This document shows positions 14,177 through 26,843 of a stretch of 64,000 nt of DNA, one piece after another. Under the pieces are notes generated by a model that searched no databases, was not told where the DNA came from, and worked only from the letters and a program-made list of their open reading frames with translations. The translations under genes were made by a program, and so were the position numbers. Every line of letters starts with the position of its first letter. Position 1 is the stretch's first letter. Location of the stretch: contig ADNK01000618.1 of assembly GCA_000320545.1 (NCBI GenBank), positions 62,001 through 126,000 on the forward strand. The letters are read 5' to 3'. The DNA is from Bigelowiella natans CCMP2755 (Eukaryota; Protista; Cercozoa).

Positions 14177-15116
14177 ATTTACATACATAGAGAAAGAGAG
14201 AGAGAGAGAGGGGGGGGGGGGGGTGGTATTCATGAAATCCCAAAAAAAAATGTTTCTCAGATTTCTAACAATTCATGAAATCCCAAAATCTTGACATGCT
14301 CGGCAGCCAAAAACACACAATAGGACATTCACTCCTCCAAAAACTCAATATTTAAGATTAAAAATTCGAACATAAAATCTAAAAGAGCATGTGCAAGATT
14401 GGATGAAATGGTTCTGTTAATCGGTACACCTGTTCTTTTTCTTTTTTCTCGTCCTTTTCTTTGGCCTCTTTCGCCAAATTAGCCTTCTCCTGTTCCTGGA
14501 CCAAACATCGGAGCGACTTTGCTCGATGACCTTATTTAAAATTGCGCGTGCTATGTTTAACCTTATCGAAATTAGTCACGAAATAATTATTTGGACCTGA
14601 CTTCATGCCGAAACTGTCAAACGTGGCTTTTGCTTCCTAACATTTGAGAAGAATTATGTTTCTACCTTGTTAATCTTAGGTCTAGAAAACATCCCAGTCT
14701 TTATGTTTATTGGCACCGTTTCTTTTAAGGATGTTCCCGCTTCTATGTTTGTGCATGTGACGTGTGGGGCGGGCATGTTGCTAGTAGGCGATATTATACA
14801 TCTCTATCCAGTCTCAGTAACATTTCCACTCCGAAACGTTCCAGTAGAGCCTCTCCAATTTCCTGCAGGTCATCATATGATTTTGAAAGATTTCAGCATT
14901 TGGAACGCAAAGATCAAGATTCAACCGCTACCTTCTTGTACTGTGAGATCTTTAACTTCTCGAGGAACTCCGAAAAAGAGACCTGATTGTGACGTTAGAA
15001 ACAGCCAACTCAAGGAAGATAATTGGTACCTTCTTGGGAACATCGTCTGCTGATCCTTCAGCCGATACCTCTTGCGACTCAGTAGGCTCGCTGTTTTCAT
15101 TGAGAGTTGTTGACAT
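13413..15116 (-). CDS. SAM-domain-like protein, multi-exon
   Basis: Spliced model MSTTLNENSE...VSFSEFLEKLKISQYKK|EIGEALLERFGVEMLLRLDRD|EAKATFDSFGMKS|GHRAKSLRCL resembles SAM helices (cf. LGIKLGHRxK). A Lys/Glu coil follows, then a C-terminal domain ending ...LAEIAGIPFRSRE*. Confidence 0.6.
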
Positions 15117-15779
15117 GTCTCGTTCGTAGATTATACTATGAGCAGATGTTTAGGGGGAGGGGAAGAATGATCAGTGCCCTTGGACAAACGAAGGGGATAT
15201 GTATGCTACGACAACAAGATATATCGTATTTTTCTAGTTTTTGTGGACTATAAATTGCGAATGCCATCCATCATCACAATGGCCATTGAAGAAGAAAAGA
15301 AAGGTGATTCTTCTTTCTGCGACAACATCATGAACGCTAAACGACGACAAAATGATCTATATTTTCACCCAAATTTCTTTTTCTCTTGCATTCTCCGACG
15401 CAATATGCTTCAGCAGGTTCTCGCTTAGTAGGGAAGTTACTTGAGAATAGAAATACCTACATTCTTTTAAGAAGACAAAAGTTGTTACCTCATTTTGTCC
15501 ATAAAAACTCTTCCTATCACACATATCTCAGGCTATGCCCAGATCTTAAAACGCGTCCCTGCGCGCAGGTAATTTCAGACACACACGCCTGTAAAGACCG
15601 GTTTCGGCGGCGCAGAAAACAGATCTAAATGGTATGTGCGACTTCATATTTACCCAGTCGCTACCAATGAAACATCACGAAACAGAACATCACCTGCACT
15701 AAGCTTTCGGCTTGTAATCTGGCCGATCCGTACCGTACCGCCGCCTCGATCCCGATCGTGTTCATCGCTGCTGGCCACT

Positions 15780-17972
15780 ATGTACCAGCACAGTTACAAC
15801 ACCCATCCCTCCTTGGTGAGGCATGGCCGCTGGCACGCACGCCATCGTCGTGTTGGCATATTGAGCTTGTTGGTGTTGACGTTCCTGACGGCGCTCTTCG
15901 GATTGAGTGGCAGTAGGAGTGACACGGCCTACCACAAGATCTATCGCCATCGCTACCTAGCATCAGCAGAAGGGTATTCGCTTTCAAACAATACATATTT
16001 CATTACAGCAGATGAAATAAGGAAGCGATCCTGCCGAGCTCGTCAAATTCGGGCAGAGAGATTCCTAGTTAAATTTAACTCCGGTGCCAAAATTTGCTCG
16101 CACAGTCAACCTCAATTAATGCAATGTTTGCTATCAAATTGTTAGCGTCAAAAAAGTGCCTCCAAAGTTCCGCCACGTTCACTGGTAAGACAGATTATTA
16201 CACCATTCAGATCAAAATTAGTGTGTTTGCATACACGAGGCTAATCATGGCATCGATCCCCATTCTTATGTGTTCCGGGGTTGATTGTTTTGATGCATGA
16301 TTACATGGCTTTTAATTTTTATTTCGTTGCTGGCTGTCATTTCTAACCTGCTGGTGTTTAACACTGTCTAAGGGATGAAAAGGATTCCATATTGAAAGTG
16401 TTCCCAAGATGGTACGTCGCGAAGCAAGAGCTCGAAACGTAGTACCCCACCATGCCCACCCCTATCCCCATTCCCTCCACTGCCTTTCGTTCATCACACA
16501 TCGGGATGACTCTTCACTCATTATGCTGCTGTTTTTTATTGGTGATAGAAAAAAGGCAGAGGCACGGAAAAAGGGCAAGCCCAACTCAGTGAGCACAAGG
16601 TTTGAATAATGCATAGTATTTCTCCAATGTAGTATTCGTGGTATTAGATTTCTATTATTAATAATACTGAATCTCTTCCTTCACACGCCCCCCCTCCCCC
16701 CTTACTAGCATGGCGATCAATATAGAGAGATTCAGTCTTGAGACGCCATACAAAGATAAGGTAATAATAGCATCCTCGTCATGTAAGGTCGTGTCCTTGT
16801 TCTCATCTTCCGTTTTCTCTCTCGTCTTCTTCTCCTTTAAGCTCCTGATCCACGAATCGAAGTTGGCCATCGAACCGAGGAGGAGAATTGCTCTCTTCGG
16901 AGAAAACGGGGCGGTAAGAAGAAAAAGAAGCATCTAAAACTCTGAAAACTCACACTAGGCTTGCCGGCGACATCGTTGCTTTGACAGCATTCATTAGCTG
17001 CCTCCACCTTGAAACCAAATCATTATTACAATACATGACGTTGGCACAATTTTCTCATAGAATGCTCATTCATTCAGGGGAAATCGACGCTCTTCAATGC
17101 CATGCAAGAGAAGACTATAGAGAACTTTCCGGAACATGTGCATGTGTACTACTACTGCCACCACCAACGATAAGAATGACTCGATAACACCGTCATTAAC
17201 ACAGTTATATTCGATGCAATAACTGAAGAAGTTGGATGCAATTGTAATGGCTAGTGCTGTATCGACTGATCCTTCCTGGTCTCTTGAACGGATTTTGTTT
17301 GTGGTGTTAATAACGGCACAGTTACCATGCGAAGGAAATTGATATACCCCCAGGAACCAAGTCTCCATCGGTGAGAGAGAAGGAGGAGGAGGAGGAGGAG
17401 GAGGAGGAGGAGGAGGAAGAGGGGCACAATATTTTTGTCACAATAAACCATTAAAAACCGCATCTATTCCACTAGAATAATGACGATAAATGACAATATG
17501 TAGCAACAAATATAAGACAACGAATCACGACACGCTTCCTCAAGAAATACAAACACGTTTATCAGTGCTTTGCTATAAACATCTGCCACTTGACATTTGC
17601 TCGCCCGTCATTAATCACGTCATCAACTTGCTCCTCATTTCTTCACCACTTCAGGTGCTCAAGACAGTGCTAGGAGCCCACAAGCTCAGAAATACACTTC
17701 TGTAAGTACTCCGCCCAGCAGCCATAGATGTAGTGGTAGTAGGTGTAGCAATAGTAGCAGTAGTAGTAGGTATTGGTTTTCATAAGAACATCAATAGATT
17801 TGGTAGTATTGACGATGGAAACCCTCATCATCCAAAGCAGCGTCTCTCTCTCCTTCTCCCTCCTTTTCTCCCCACTCACATAAATGCCCGTTTGCGTAGC
17901 TTCATCGAGTCACAGCTTGAGTCGTTGGCGGAGAGCAACGATGAGGTGAGAGGAGGAGGAGGAGGAAGAAGA

Positions 17973-18003
<31 letters not shown>

Positions 18004-18118
18004 CTCGGGATGTGTGAGAACGGAAGCATTGAATCCTCTTAATTATCATGCCAATGCCTTTAACACTACCCCAAACACCGTATCGTTGAGTAAACAACTA
18101 TTCGTCTATTGAATCTGT

Positions 18119-18169
<51 letters not shown>

Positions 18170-18325
18170 CTTCCTGTGTGTGTGTGAAAAGACCGAGGAA
18201 AAGAAGGCAAAATATGCGGAAAACCTCGAATGGTCGCCCTCGCTCTTTGACTCTAAACAACATTTTTCCTCATAAGTTCTCCTTTCTTTTTAATTGCATA
18301 GCCCTGAAGGGAAGATAATGCCATT

Positions 18326-18372
<47 letters not shown>

Positions 18373-19759
18373 GAAAACGAGGAAGACAGTGAGAGACGGA
18401 GAGAAAGAGAGTGTTAAGCTTATATGCATTGATAAACAAGAAGAAGAAGAAGAAGAACAACAACAAGAACTGACGAACGTGTCTGTTTGTGATATGTAAT
18501 CCACCATCGCAATCCTATTCATTAGGATTCGCAAGGAACTCAAGCGTATCAGCTCAGACACGGCAGAGAGCAGGGCGAAGTCCATGCTACGGGTAGTACA
18601 TACACAATGAAGGCAAGGGTGCTGCCTTTTCCATTTATCTTTGTTTGAGTCTTGGAGATGATGAAGCTGATCGTTGGCTGTTAACTCCTACCTCTTCCCT
18701 CACGCCATTCATTCATTCATTCTTGTTCTTATTCTTTTTCTTCTTCTTCTTAGGTGCTGGGATTTGATGATAAAGCGCAGGACAAGCCTCTAACAAGCCT
18801 CAGCGGTTGCTTCCTTACTAGCTGCTCAGTCCCGAATATCCACAACGACGACGATGCTGCTGCTGCTGCTGATGCTGATGATGATGATGATGGTGGTGGT
18901 GATGGTGATGGTGATGATCATGAGGATGGTATGATAGTTAATGTATATTTCCGCTCTGACACAACTACAACTACAACTACTACTACTACTACTACTACTA
19001 CTACGAGCAGGAGGTCTACGCATGCGCGTTGCCTTGTGTGCCGCCTTTTTCCTCAAAGCTGATCTTTTGCTTCTTGATGAGCCTACAAACCACTTGGGTA
19101 ACAAGGAGGCGGCGACGATAGAGATGGCGGGGAGAGAGGGGAGATAGGGAGGAGGAGGAGGAGGAGGAGGGGGAGGAGGAGGAGGAGGAGGGGGAGGGGG
19201 ATGGAAGGAGAACGTGATTAATTGTCGTCAACTGTACGATTGCGTGGAGAAGTAAGAAGTACCATGGATGTGGTGTTGTCTTGTTTTTAGTTTGAAATGA
19301 TCGCCAGCAGCGCTACTGATCCCACTCCAGCATCTAACCCTTCTTCTCCTTCGTCTGTCTCATCAATATATTATTACTACCACCACTCTTAGATTTTCCT
19401 ACTATCCTTTGGCTTGAGCATAAATTGAGGAGGTGTGTCTGGCTTTTTCTTTCTATCTTTTTCTTCTTTAACTAACTACATTGAGGACGTTTCATCCCCC
19501 CCTCCCCCATTTATATGTTTACTTAACATGTGGAGAACCGTCTCCTCTCTATCTGCTCGACTATCATCACCATCATAATCATCATCATCATCATCATCAT
19601 CATCATGACTACCACTATTAGTTACGACGGTGCTTTCATCCTTGTGACGCACGATAAGCATCTTCTGGAGAACGTGTGTCAGGTAGTATTTATTCCCCCC
19701 TTTCCTTCATCTTATCTCTTGTGTGTGTGTGTGTGTGTGTGAATAGCACATGCAAAGGA

Positions 19760-19816
<57 letters not shown>

Positions 19817-20150
19817 GTGTGGAGAGAGGGGTTGGAGGAATGCTATGGCTTGTAAAACTATCAATACAATATGCCTTGATGCTGAGCCAAGCTGTACGTG
19901 TTATAATCATCCTTCATCTTTTCCTCCTCCTCCTCCTCCTCTTCTCTAGGGTGTGATTGTCTTGGAGGAGAAACACTTAAAGTAATGTAGTATTAGAGGA
20001 GGAGGAGGATTGATAGATTGATAGAGGGGGGGGGGCGGAAAAGGGGGTGGGGGGGAAATACGTATAGCAAAAGCTTAACAATGAAAAGATTCCAGCTTAA
20101 GATATACAACCAGCTTCTTCAACTTCGTTTCATACCCGATGTTTTGCTAT

Positions 20151-20183
<33 letters not shown>

Positions 20184-20467
20184 TATCTCATCATCATTAT
20201 CATCATGTATTTGACAACAGTATCTTTCCTCGATAATAACAGATATTACATGTGTCCTTATAAGCAATTCGTCAAACGAAAGGTACCTTTGAATGGAGGC
20301 TTCCTCTTATTACACACTACTACTACTATTACTACTACTACTACGATCACTCGTTCTATTTGCTACCAATGCTGCTTGAAAACACGACTTGTACACGACT
20401 CCCAGCCCATCTCCCTTCCCCCGCCCTCTCATTCTCTCTCTCCCCCCCTCTCTGTCTCTTGTCTCTC

Positions 20468-20499
<32 letters not shown>

Positions 20500-20672
20500 G
20501 CTACATTCGACTTTGAAAAGGCTGCGGAAGATAAGAAACGATATGAGGAAAACCATAAGTTCTTAGAGCGTCATCAAAGCGATTCCTCTCTTGGGGTATG
20601 GAAAACAATGAATAACAACAACAACAACAACAACAACGACGACGCAGTAGCCTTATTTCACATCGTCGTCGT

Positions 20673-20704
<32 letters not shown>

Positions 20705-21502
20705 CACTAAAGGTAAGTGGAAATAGCCGTAAGCTGCAAGATAAGGAGGATTGGTGTAGGGAGTATGTCAACAGACAGGTACTAGTAGTACTACTAGTAG
20801 TACTCGTACTAGTAATGCCACGGTAAAGGGGGAGGGGGCTGGATCGTTGTGATTTTATTTCTCCCTTCATCTTCGTTTTTCTCTCTCTCTTTCCCGCCCT
20901 CTCTCCTTCTCCCCGTCTTCTTTCACAAAACGCACACGCTCGAGAAACAGGCTTGAACCCCTTCCAATCCCCCCCCCCCCCCCCCCCCCCCTCCCATTCC
21001 CCGTTCATAGGTGCGGATTGGTTCTAAATTCACATTCCCAGATCCCAGTGCGTAGCAGCGCACACTGCTGGCTAATATTACCACTAACGCTGTTGCTGGC
21101 ACTGCAAAGAGAGGGGGGAAGGGAGGGAGAGAGAGATAGGGGATCTACTCCTCCCAGTTGCGTGCATCAGGCAGATTCGAGAGAATGGGGGGGGGGAAGG
21201 CGAGAAATCGTTGTTTGTTGGTGTGGTTGTGTATTCAGTCTTTTGCCATTGGTTTGGTGGTGTTGTTCAGGGCCTCTCCCAGGACATGCAAATAAATCAG
21301 AGGTAGAGAAAGTTACAAGCAGTAGTTGTAATAGTAGGCAGCAGCAGTGACAATTGCTAGTTTGTGAAGGGAAGGGGGGGGGAACTCTAATTGTGGCATG
21401 ATGCACAAGGGCATTTCTATCACAAAATGACCACTACAGCAAAAGCGCCATTCTCTTCCTCCTCTTCCTCCTTCTCTCCTCCTCCTCCTACACTCTCACA
21501 CA

Positions 21503-21537
<35 letters not shown>

Positions 21538-21715
21538 CGCCTGACTTGCCTACATAGCCGATCCCGCTGCAAAAGCTCACGGATTGCCGCTTCGCTTATG
21601 ACGGCAAGAAGAACTTTATTTTTGATGACCCCTTCAACGTGACGGTTTGGAGCAACACGCGTCTGGGGGTGATGGGGCCCAATGGAGCGGTCAGTCGAAT
21701 AAATAACAATCGGTA

Positions 21716-21749
<34 letters not shown>

Positions 21750-23760
21750 CTGCACATCCACAACACACGTATACGAGTTTTTCCCCGGGAGCAAGCTTCT
21801 TTGGGTAGTCATTATTGCCGCGACAATGTTGCTACTTCAATGAGGATATCATCGATGATGGTCAGGGCAAATCGACTTTGCTGAAGCTGCTGAACGAGCG
21901 AATATCACCTACTGAAGGTGGATGATGTTTCTGCTACCACGTGACGTTGTGATATACTATATCGTGATACGCAACCTCATCATCATCATCATCATCATCA
22001 TCACCATCATCATCATCGCTATCTTCACCGCTATCACCCTCATCTTGGTAAATGAACCATCATCAGGAGAGTACTGGAAGCACAATGACTTTGACATCTC
22101 ATACTTTGGCCAGCACTCCGCTGAAGAGGTGCGGCTTTGCATTTGATGATATTCGTCAATCAGTAGCATTCATTATACGTACTTTCACGATCGACGCAGA
22201 TTTTCCTCTGTGATAAGATTTGTTGTGCCCCCCACCCTTCTTCTTCTTCTTCTTCTTCTTCTTCTTCTTCATCATCATCATCAGCTAAATCTAGACCAAA
22301 CGCCCATTGAGTGGATGATGACTCAATTCCCTGAGGAGAAAGAGGTGAGATTAACTCATGGTGATGATGATGATGATGATGATGATAATGATGATGATAA
22401 TGATGATGATCATTATGGCTACGACGACGATTTGAAACGGCTATGTGTAGAGTAGTGGTACTCATTCTCCTCCTCATCATCATCACGATCATCATCACTG
22501 TCTTTCTCAATCAAAGGCGGTGCTGCGAAATCATATGAAACGCGTGGGTTGTACGGGCGACAAGCAAGACTCCAGGATGAAAGGGTAATAATGGGGATGG
22601 GGGAAGCTATTAGTCCTCATCAGTGTTTGTCCATCATGTCGATTCTTGTCATATATGCGCGTTTACACACACACACACGCACCCATGATGCTGATTGTCG
22701 TCGTTCTTTGTTCCCAATGTATCTATTCCTCTCCATCAGTTTCTCTGGCGGTCAGAAGGCGTGCGTGATCTTCTCCAAACTGACTTATCGGTGTCCTCAC
22801 TTGCTGGTGCTTGACGAGCCAACTAACTTCTTGGGTAGTAACAACAACAGCAACAACAATAGACACTAGCTGCAACCAACACGCTTTCCACCAGGACAAG
22901 GCGATGATGTTGACGCAGCAAGTAGAAGCAAAAGATCATGATCCCCCCTCCCCCCTCTCTCTCTAGTATTTCCCTCTTTTCACTCCTCCTTCTCTCTTCG
23001 CTTTCTATCATTTTCCTTGCTATTGACTAACAGGTGTTGCTGATAATAATTTATTTTCCTCCATCATTCTCTCTCTCTCTCTCTCTCTCTCTCCCCCCCC
23101 CCCCCCCTTCCCTTTTTCTCAAAAAAAAAAAAAAAAATGGAGTCTGTTGACAGTCTCATCATAACCTGTAACAAGGAGGATTGCTGAGTAGTTGTTGTAG
23201 TAATAGTAGTAGTAGTAGTAATTGGCGTATAAAAGAACAATAATAATGGGGGGATTGGTACATAAAACATGTAGTAGTGTTGGTGAAGATGAGTACCAAC
23301 AAAAGGGGAGGTCTCATACAGGAGTCATTGCACAGTATCATATCTATCTTCCTCCTCCTCCTCTCCTCCTCCTCCTCCTCCTCACCTTTTTTATCATCAT
23401 CATATGCATATGAAACTAGCTACTGTGTATTCGTATCACTACTACCACTACTACTTCTACTACTTCTCTTGGCGTGATATGCTCATGCATCACAGGTACA
23501 AAGGATCTTTGTGTGTTGTGACGCACAGTCGTTACTTTCTGGAGAAGTGCTGCAACCAATTTCTCTCTATAACGCCCGGAAAGTTCTCCTATCACAACAC
23601 TCTCAAGCAATGTGAAAAGGTAGCTTCCTACTAACCCTACGCCTTCCCCCTCCTCCCTCTTCCTTCCTCCTTCCTCTGCATGAATTGCGTGAGGTGTACA
23701 CTTGGTCCTATGTTTCTGCATTTTATGAATGCTGCAGTAGTGGTAGAATATTTAAATATA

Positions 23761-23801
<41 letters not shown>

Positions 23802-23933
23802 GGACACCTACGATTTCATTGCCCGCCTGGAAGCTGGCAAGAATGTCCGGATCAAGAAGGTAGTGTTCTATTGCGATCATACTGATGTTGTGCCGTCCAG
23901 CGGGAGGGGTGTGCTTGTGGCGCTGGTCGCAAA

Positions 23934-23964
<31 letters not shown>

Positions 23965-24540
23965 GCAGATTTTGTAGCAGCCAAGGGAAAGAAAGGCCAA
24001 ACAACAACGATAACAAACGATTGGCTGTTCAATCACCTTCGTGAAGTATCATCACAACACGCTTTGTTCTTCTTCTACTTCCTCTTCAGGTCGGGACAGG
24101 AGCAGGACAGCTGGCAGAGCAGAAAGAACTGTAAGTACGGTGTATAGTAGCCTGTTTTTGTGTACGTCGAGCATTGGTGCTGTGGTTTGTTCTCTGGTGT
24201 ATGATGAGGAGGGTAATGATGATAACAATGATGATAATAATGGTGATGATGATGATGATGAGCTCTTTCACCGTCTTCTCTGGGATTTAATATGGCGAAA
24301 GAAAAAGACCCACGAACAACCTTCGCGTCGTCGATTGATTTCATCGACGTTTTCATTTCTGCTACCTGGTGTTATTTATTCTTCCTCGATTCCATGATTG
24401 CGTTGATTTTTGGTTGCTGATAGGGCTGAAGCTGAAGAGGCTGCTGCTGCCGCTGCAAACACAACAGACACCCCGAAGTATGGCGGATATCTCCATATAT
24501 GAACATAAAATACACACATATAGCATTACTAATATTTGTA

Positions 24541-24581
<41 letters not shown>

Positions 24582-25195
24582 TGTTGCTGTTTTGCATCGT
24601 TACCCTGATTAGTTTAAAAGAAGTTCTTCTTCTTCTTATTTGCCATAATCGGCACTATAGTAGTTGTTTCATAGTAATGCTAACGATTCGTCATTGCTGG
24701 GTTTTAGGGGCGGCATGCAAGTGCAGATGGACTTCGATGTGAATGAGCTGCTTGAGGCCCCTAAATTGGAAATCAACATGACAAAGGCCGAGAAAGCGGT
24801 AGTAAAAGAAAGAGAGAGAAGGAGAGAGAGAGAGAGGATAACGCATAATGATGATGATCTTGCATACAACAAACGAACGATTGTTTTATCGTATGGCAAA
24901 ATCCGTCTCTCATTGTGGAGTATTGCGCTTTTTATGAAATGAGGTTGGTTATCATGGGTGTGTTTTACTTTTGCTGATGGAAGCTCAATATCTTCGTGTC
25001 TTCCAACGTCTTTCAACCTAGCTATACAACAGCGTCTTTCCCAGTTTTTTTCAGAATAACGAGTAATTGTGATGAACATGTATAATTTTAAAAACATAAT
25101 GGCGACAGCTTGAAAAGGCGAATCTTGAGATGGCTGGTCTCGACATCAAAGGCGGAAAGGACAAAAAGAAGGCAACAAAGAAGAAGGGCAAATAA
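15780..25195 (+). CDS. ABC-F family ATPase (eukaryotic ABCF/GCN20-like) with N-terminal hydrophobic leader and Lys-rich C-tail, roughly 30 exons
   Basis: NBD1: FGENGA|GKSTL, LSG|GLRMRVAL, LLLLDEPTNHL|D, LVTHD. NBD2: MGPNGA|GKSTLL, FSGGQKA, LLVLDEPTNFL, VVTHS. No transporter membrane domain. Ends GGKDKKKATKKKGK*. Confidence 0.93.
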
Positions 25196-25739
25196 TCAGA
25201 TAAAAAACGATTGTGATAATGTGATGATTAATAGTAATGTCATGATGATGTCATAATCAGTAAGTACGACATCTCTTTGCACAACATTGAGCAATCCGCC
25301 GCCCACTGCTAGACTGGTCCTTCTCTGCACATTCTAGCAGCTGTCTGATGTCGTAACCATTTGCTCACAATGAGATGCAAATGATGCAAGGTTCTTGTCT
25401 CTTGTCGTAGACAGGGCGTCATGTTGATCATCAACATGTTTTTTGGTCAGTGCATACACAACTTCAGTGTTTTTCCATGTGATGCATGCTCAAACATTGA
25501 CAGCGCGACCAATGGTGGCACGCCGAGCTTGGAAACAATGTCATGACCCCACATTTCGACGCATTGGTGCAATGCAATGTTGCACGCAAGCGGATTGCAT
25601 GCATCGAGCTTTATGCAGAACGTCCATTAGTCCAACTAGCCAACACAATTACGTACTCAACTGCCAATAGGCATTCACGTTCCTGTTCACATGTCTCATG
25701 CCAGCATGCTAGCATGCCACATTTGCATTGAGCTTGTCA

Positions 25740-26400
25740 ACTTCACATCTCGTCACCAATGTTGCCCAGCAGTGTCACCATGTCAAAAATTGATGCATCG
25801 ATGATTCAACCCAATCGCATGAAAATAATTTGCAGACAGAAGCGTTCCATGCACGCAAACTGGCAAAGCATGGTTTCTGTCAGGCTAGCAGGTTCTTCTG
25901 GACGATTGCCAACCAAAGATTGGTCTGACGGTCCAATGGACCAAAAATCAAGCACGCAGTTGATTCTGCTACCGCTTTGACATTTCACAACCTGAAAGAA
26001 ACGGGAACAGTCTTGTCTGTCGTGGAGCTGTGCAAAAGAAGTTTGGACTCTGTTGCGTTTGTCGCGTCATGCACACGCTCTCACTTGCACCAGTGGTGTC
26101 AATGGTGTCCGCAGCCTTTGTTTTCAGCTGCTTCGTCACATCGCTTGCAATAGATTTGCACTTTTGAGCACGACACGGTGCGTGAAGATTGTTCGGAACG
26201 TTCATTGTTGAAAACTGGAGCAAAAGTTCTTTCCACGCAAGCTTTTGGGTCGTGCGCAAACTGTGCGCGTGCAAACCATCGTGGCCTGAACTTTGTACTT
26301 TTGTGCTTTCTTGCAGGGGACAGCAGTTGTTTCTGGGAAACACAATGTTCAGTCTGCTGATTCCTCAAGGTCCGGTGCAGGGACCCTCGTAGCTCCTGTC
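25740..26400 (-). pseudogene. TpA-depleted degenerate coding or transposon-like relic of unknown identity
   Basis: About 6 TA dinucleotides in about 660 nt (manual count). Broken Cys/His-rich minus-strand frames with a gtgaga...tttcag intron-like segment. Confidence 0.3.
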
Positions 26401-26843
26401 AATGACTCGAAGCCAGACGACAAGTGGGGGACTGGCACTTTGTTTCTGTCAGATTCTAAGAAAAATCTTGCATTCTTCTACGACAAGCAAGAATCGATGT
26501 CGCGATTCTAAAATAGATGGTGATATCCTGATATCCTCAAATCGAAGATTCGTACCGGGATTCGGCCATTCGCATGGGAAGTGGTTCGGCAACCATGCGG
26601 CTAAGAAAGAGAGAAGCTTGGTGAATCAGACATTAAGCTGCAATAACGGACAGTTTTTTCACAGTAATTTCATCGTGCGACCTGGTAAGACTGTTGTCGC
26701 ACGCAATTTTTATCAGGGAAATGGTCGATACGTTATCGTGTCCTAAGTGAGTGAAAGTAGTGGGCCGAATCGGTTCGGGATCCTTGCTCAAAAATCATAA
26801 GACCCTGAAGGATATCACATAAGCAAACAAGAAACACAGAGAA

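Noticed and set aside
15050-15070. Possible 19-nt nucleomorph-style micro-intron (gtatcggctgaaggatcag, minus strand)
   Set aside because: The sequence reads through in frame as coding (VSAEGS), and the window is nuclear-type DNA.
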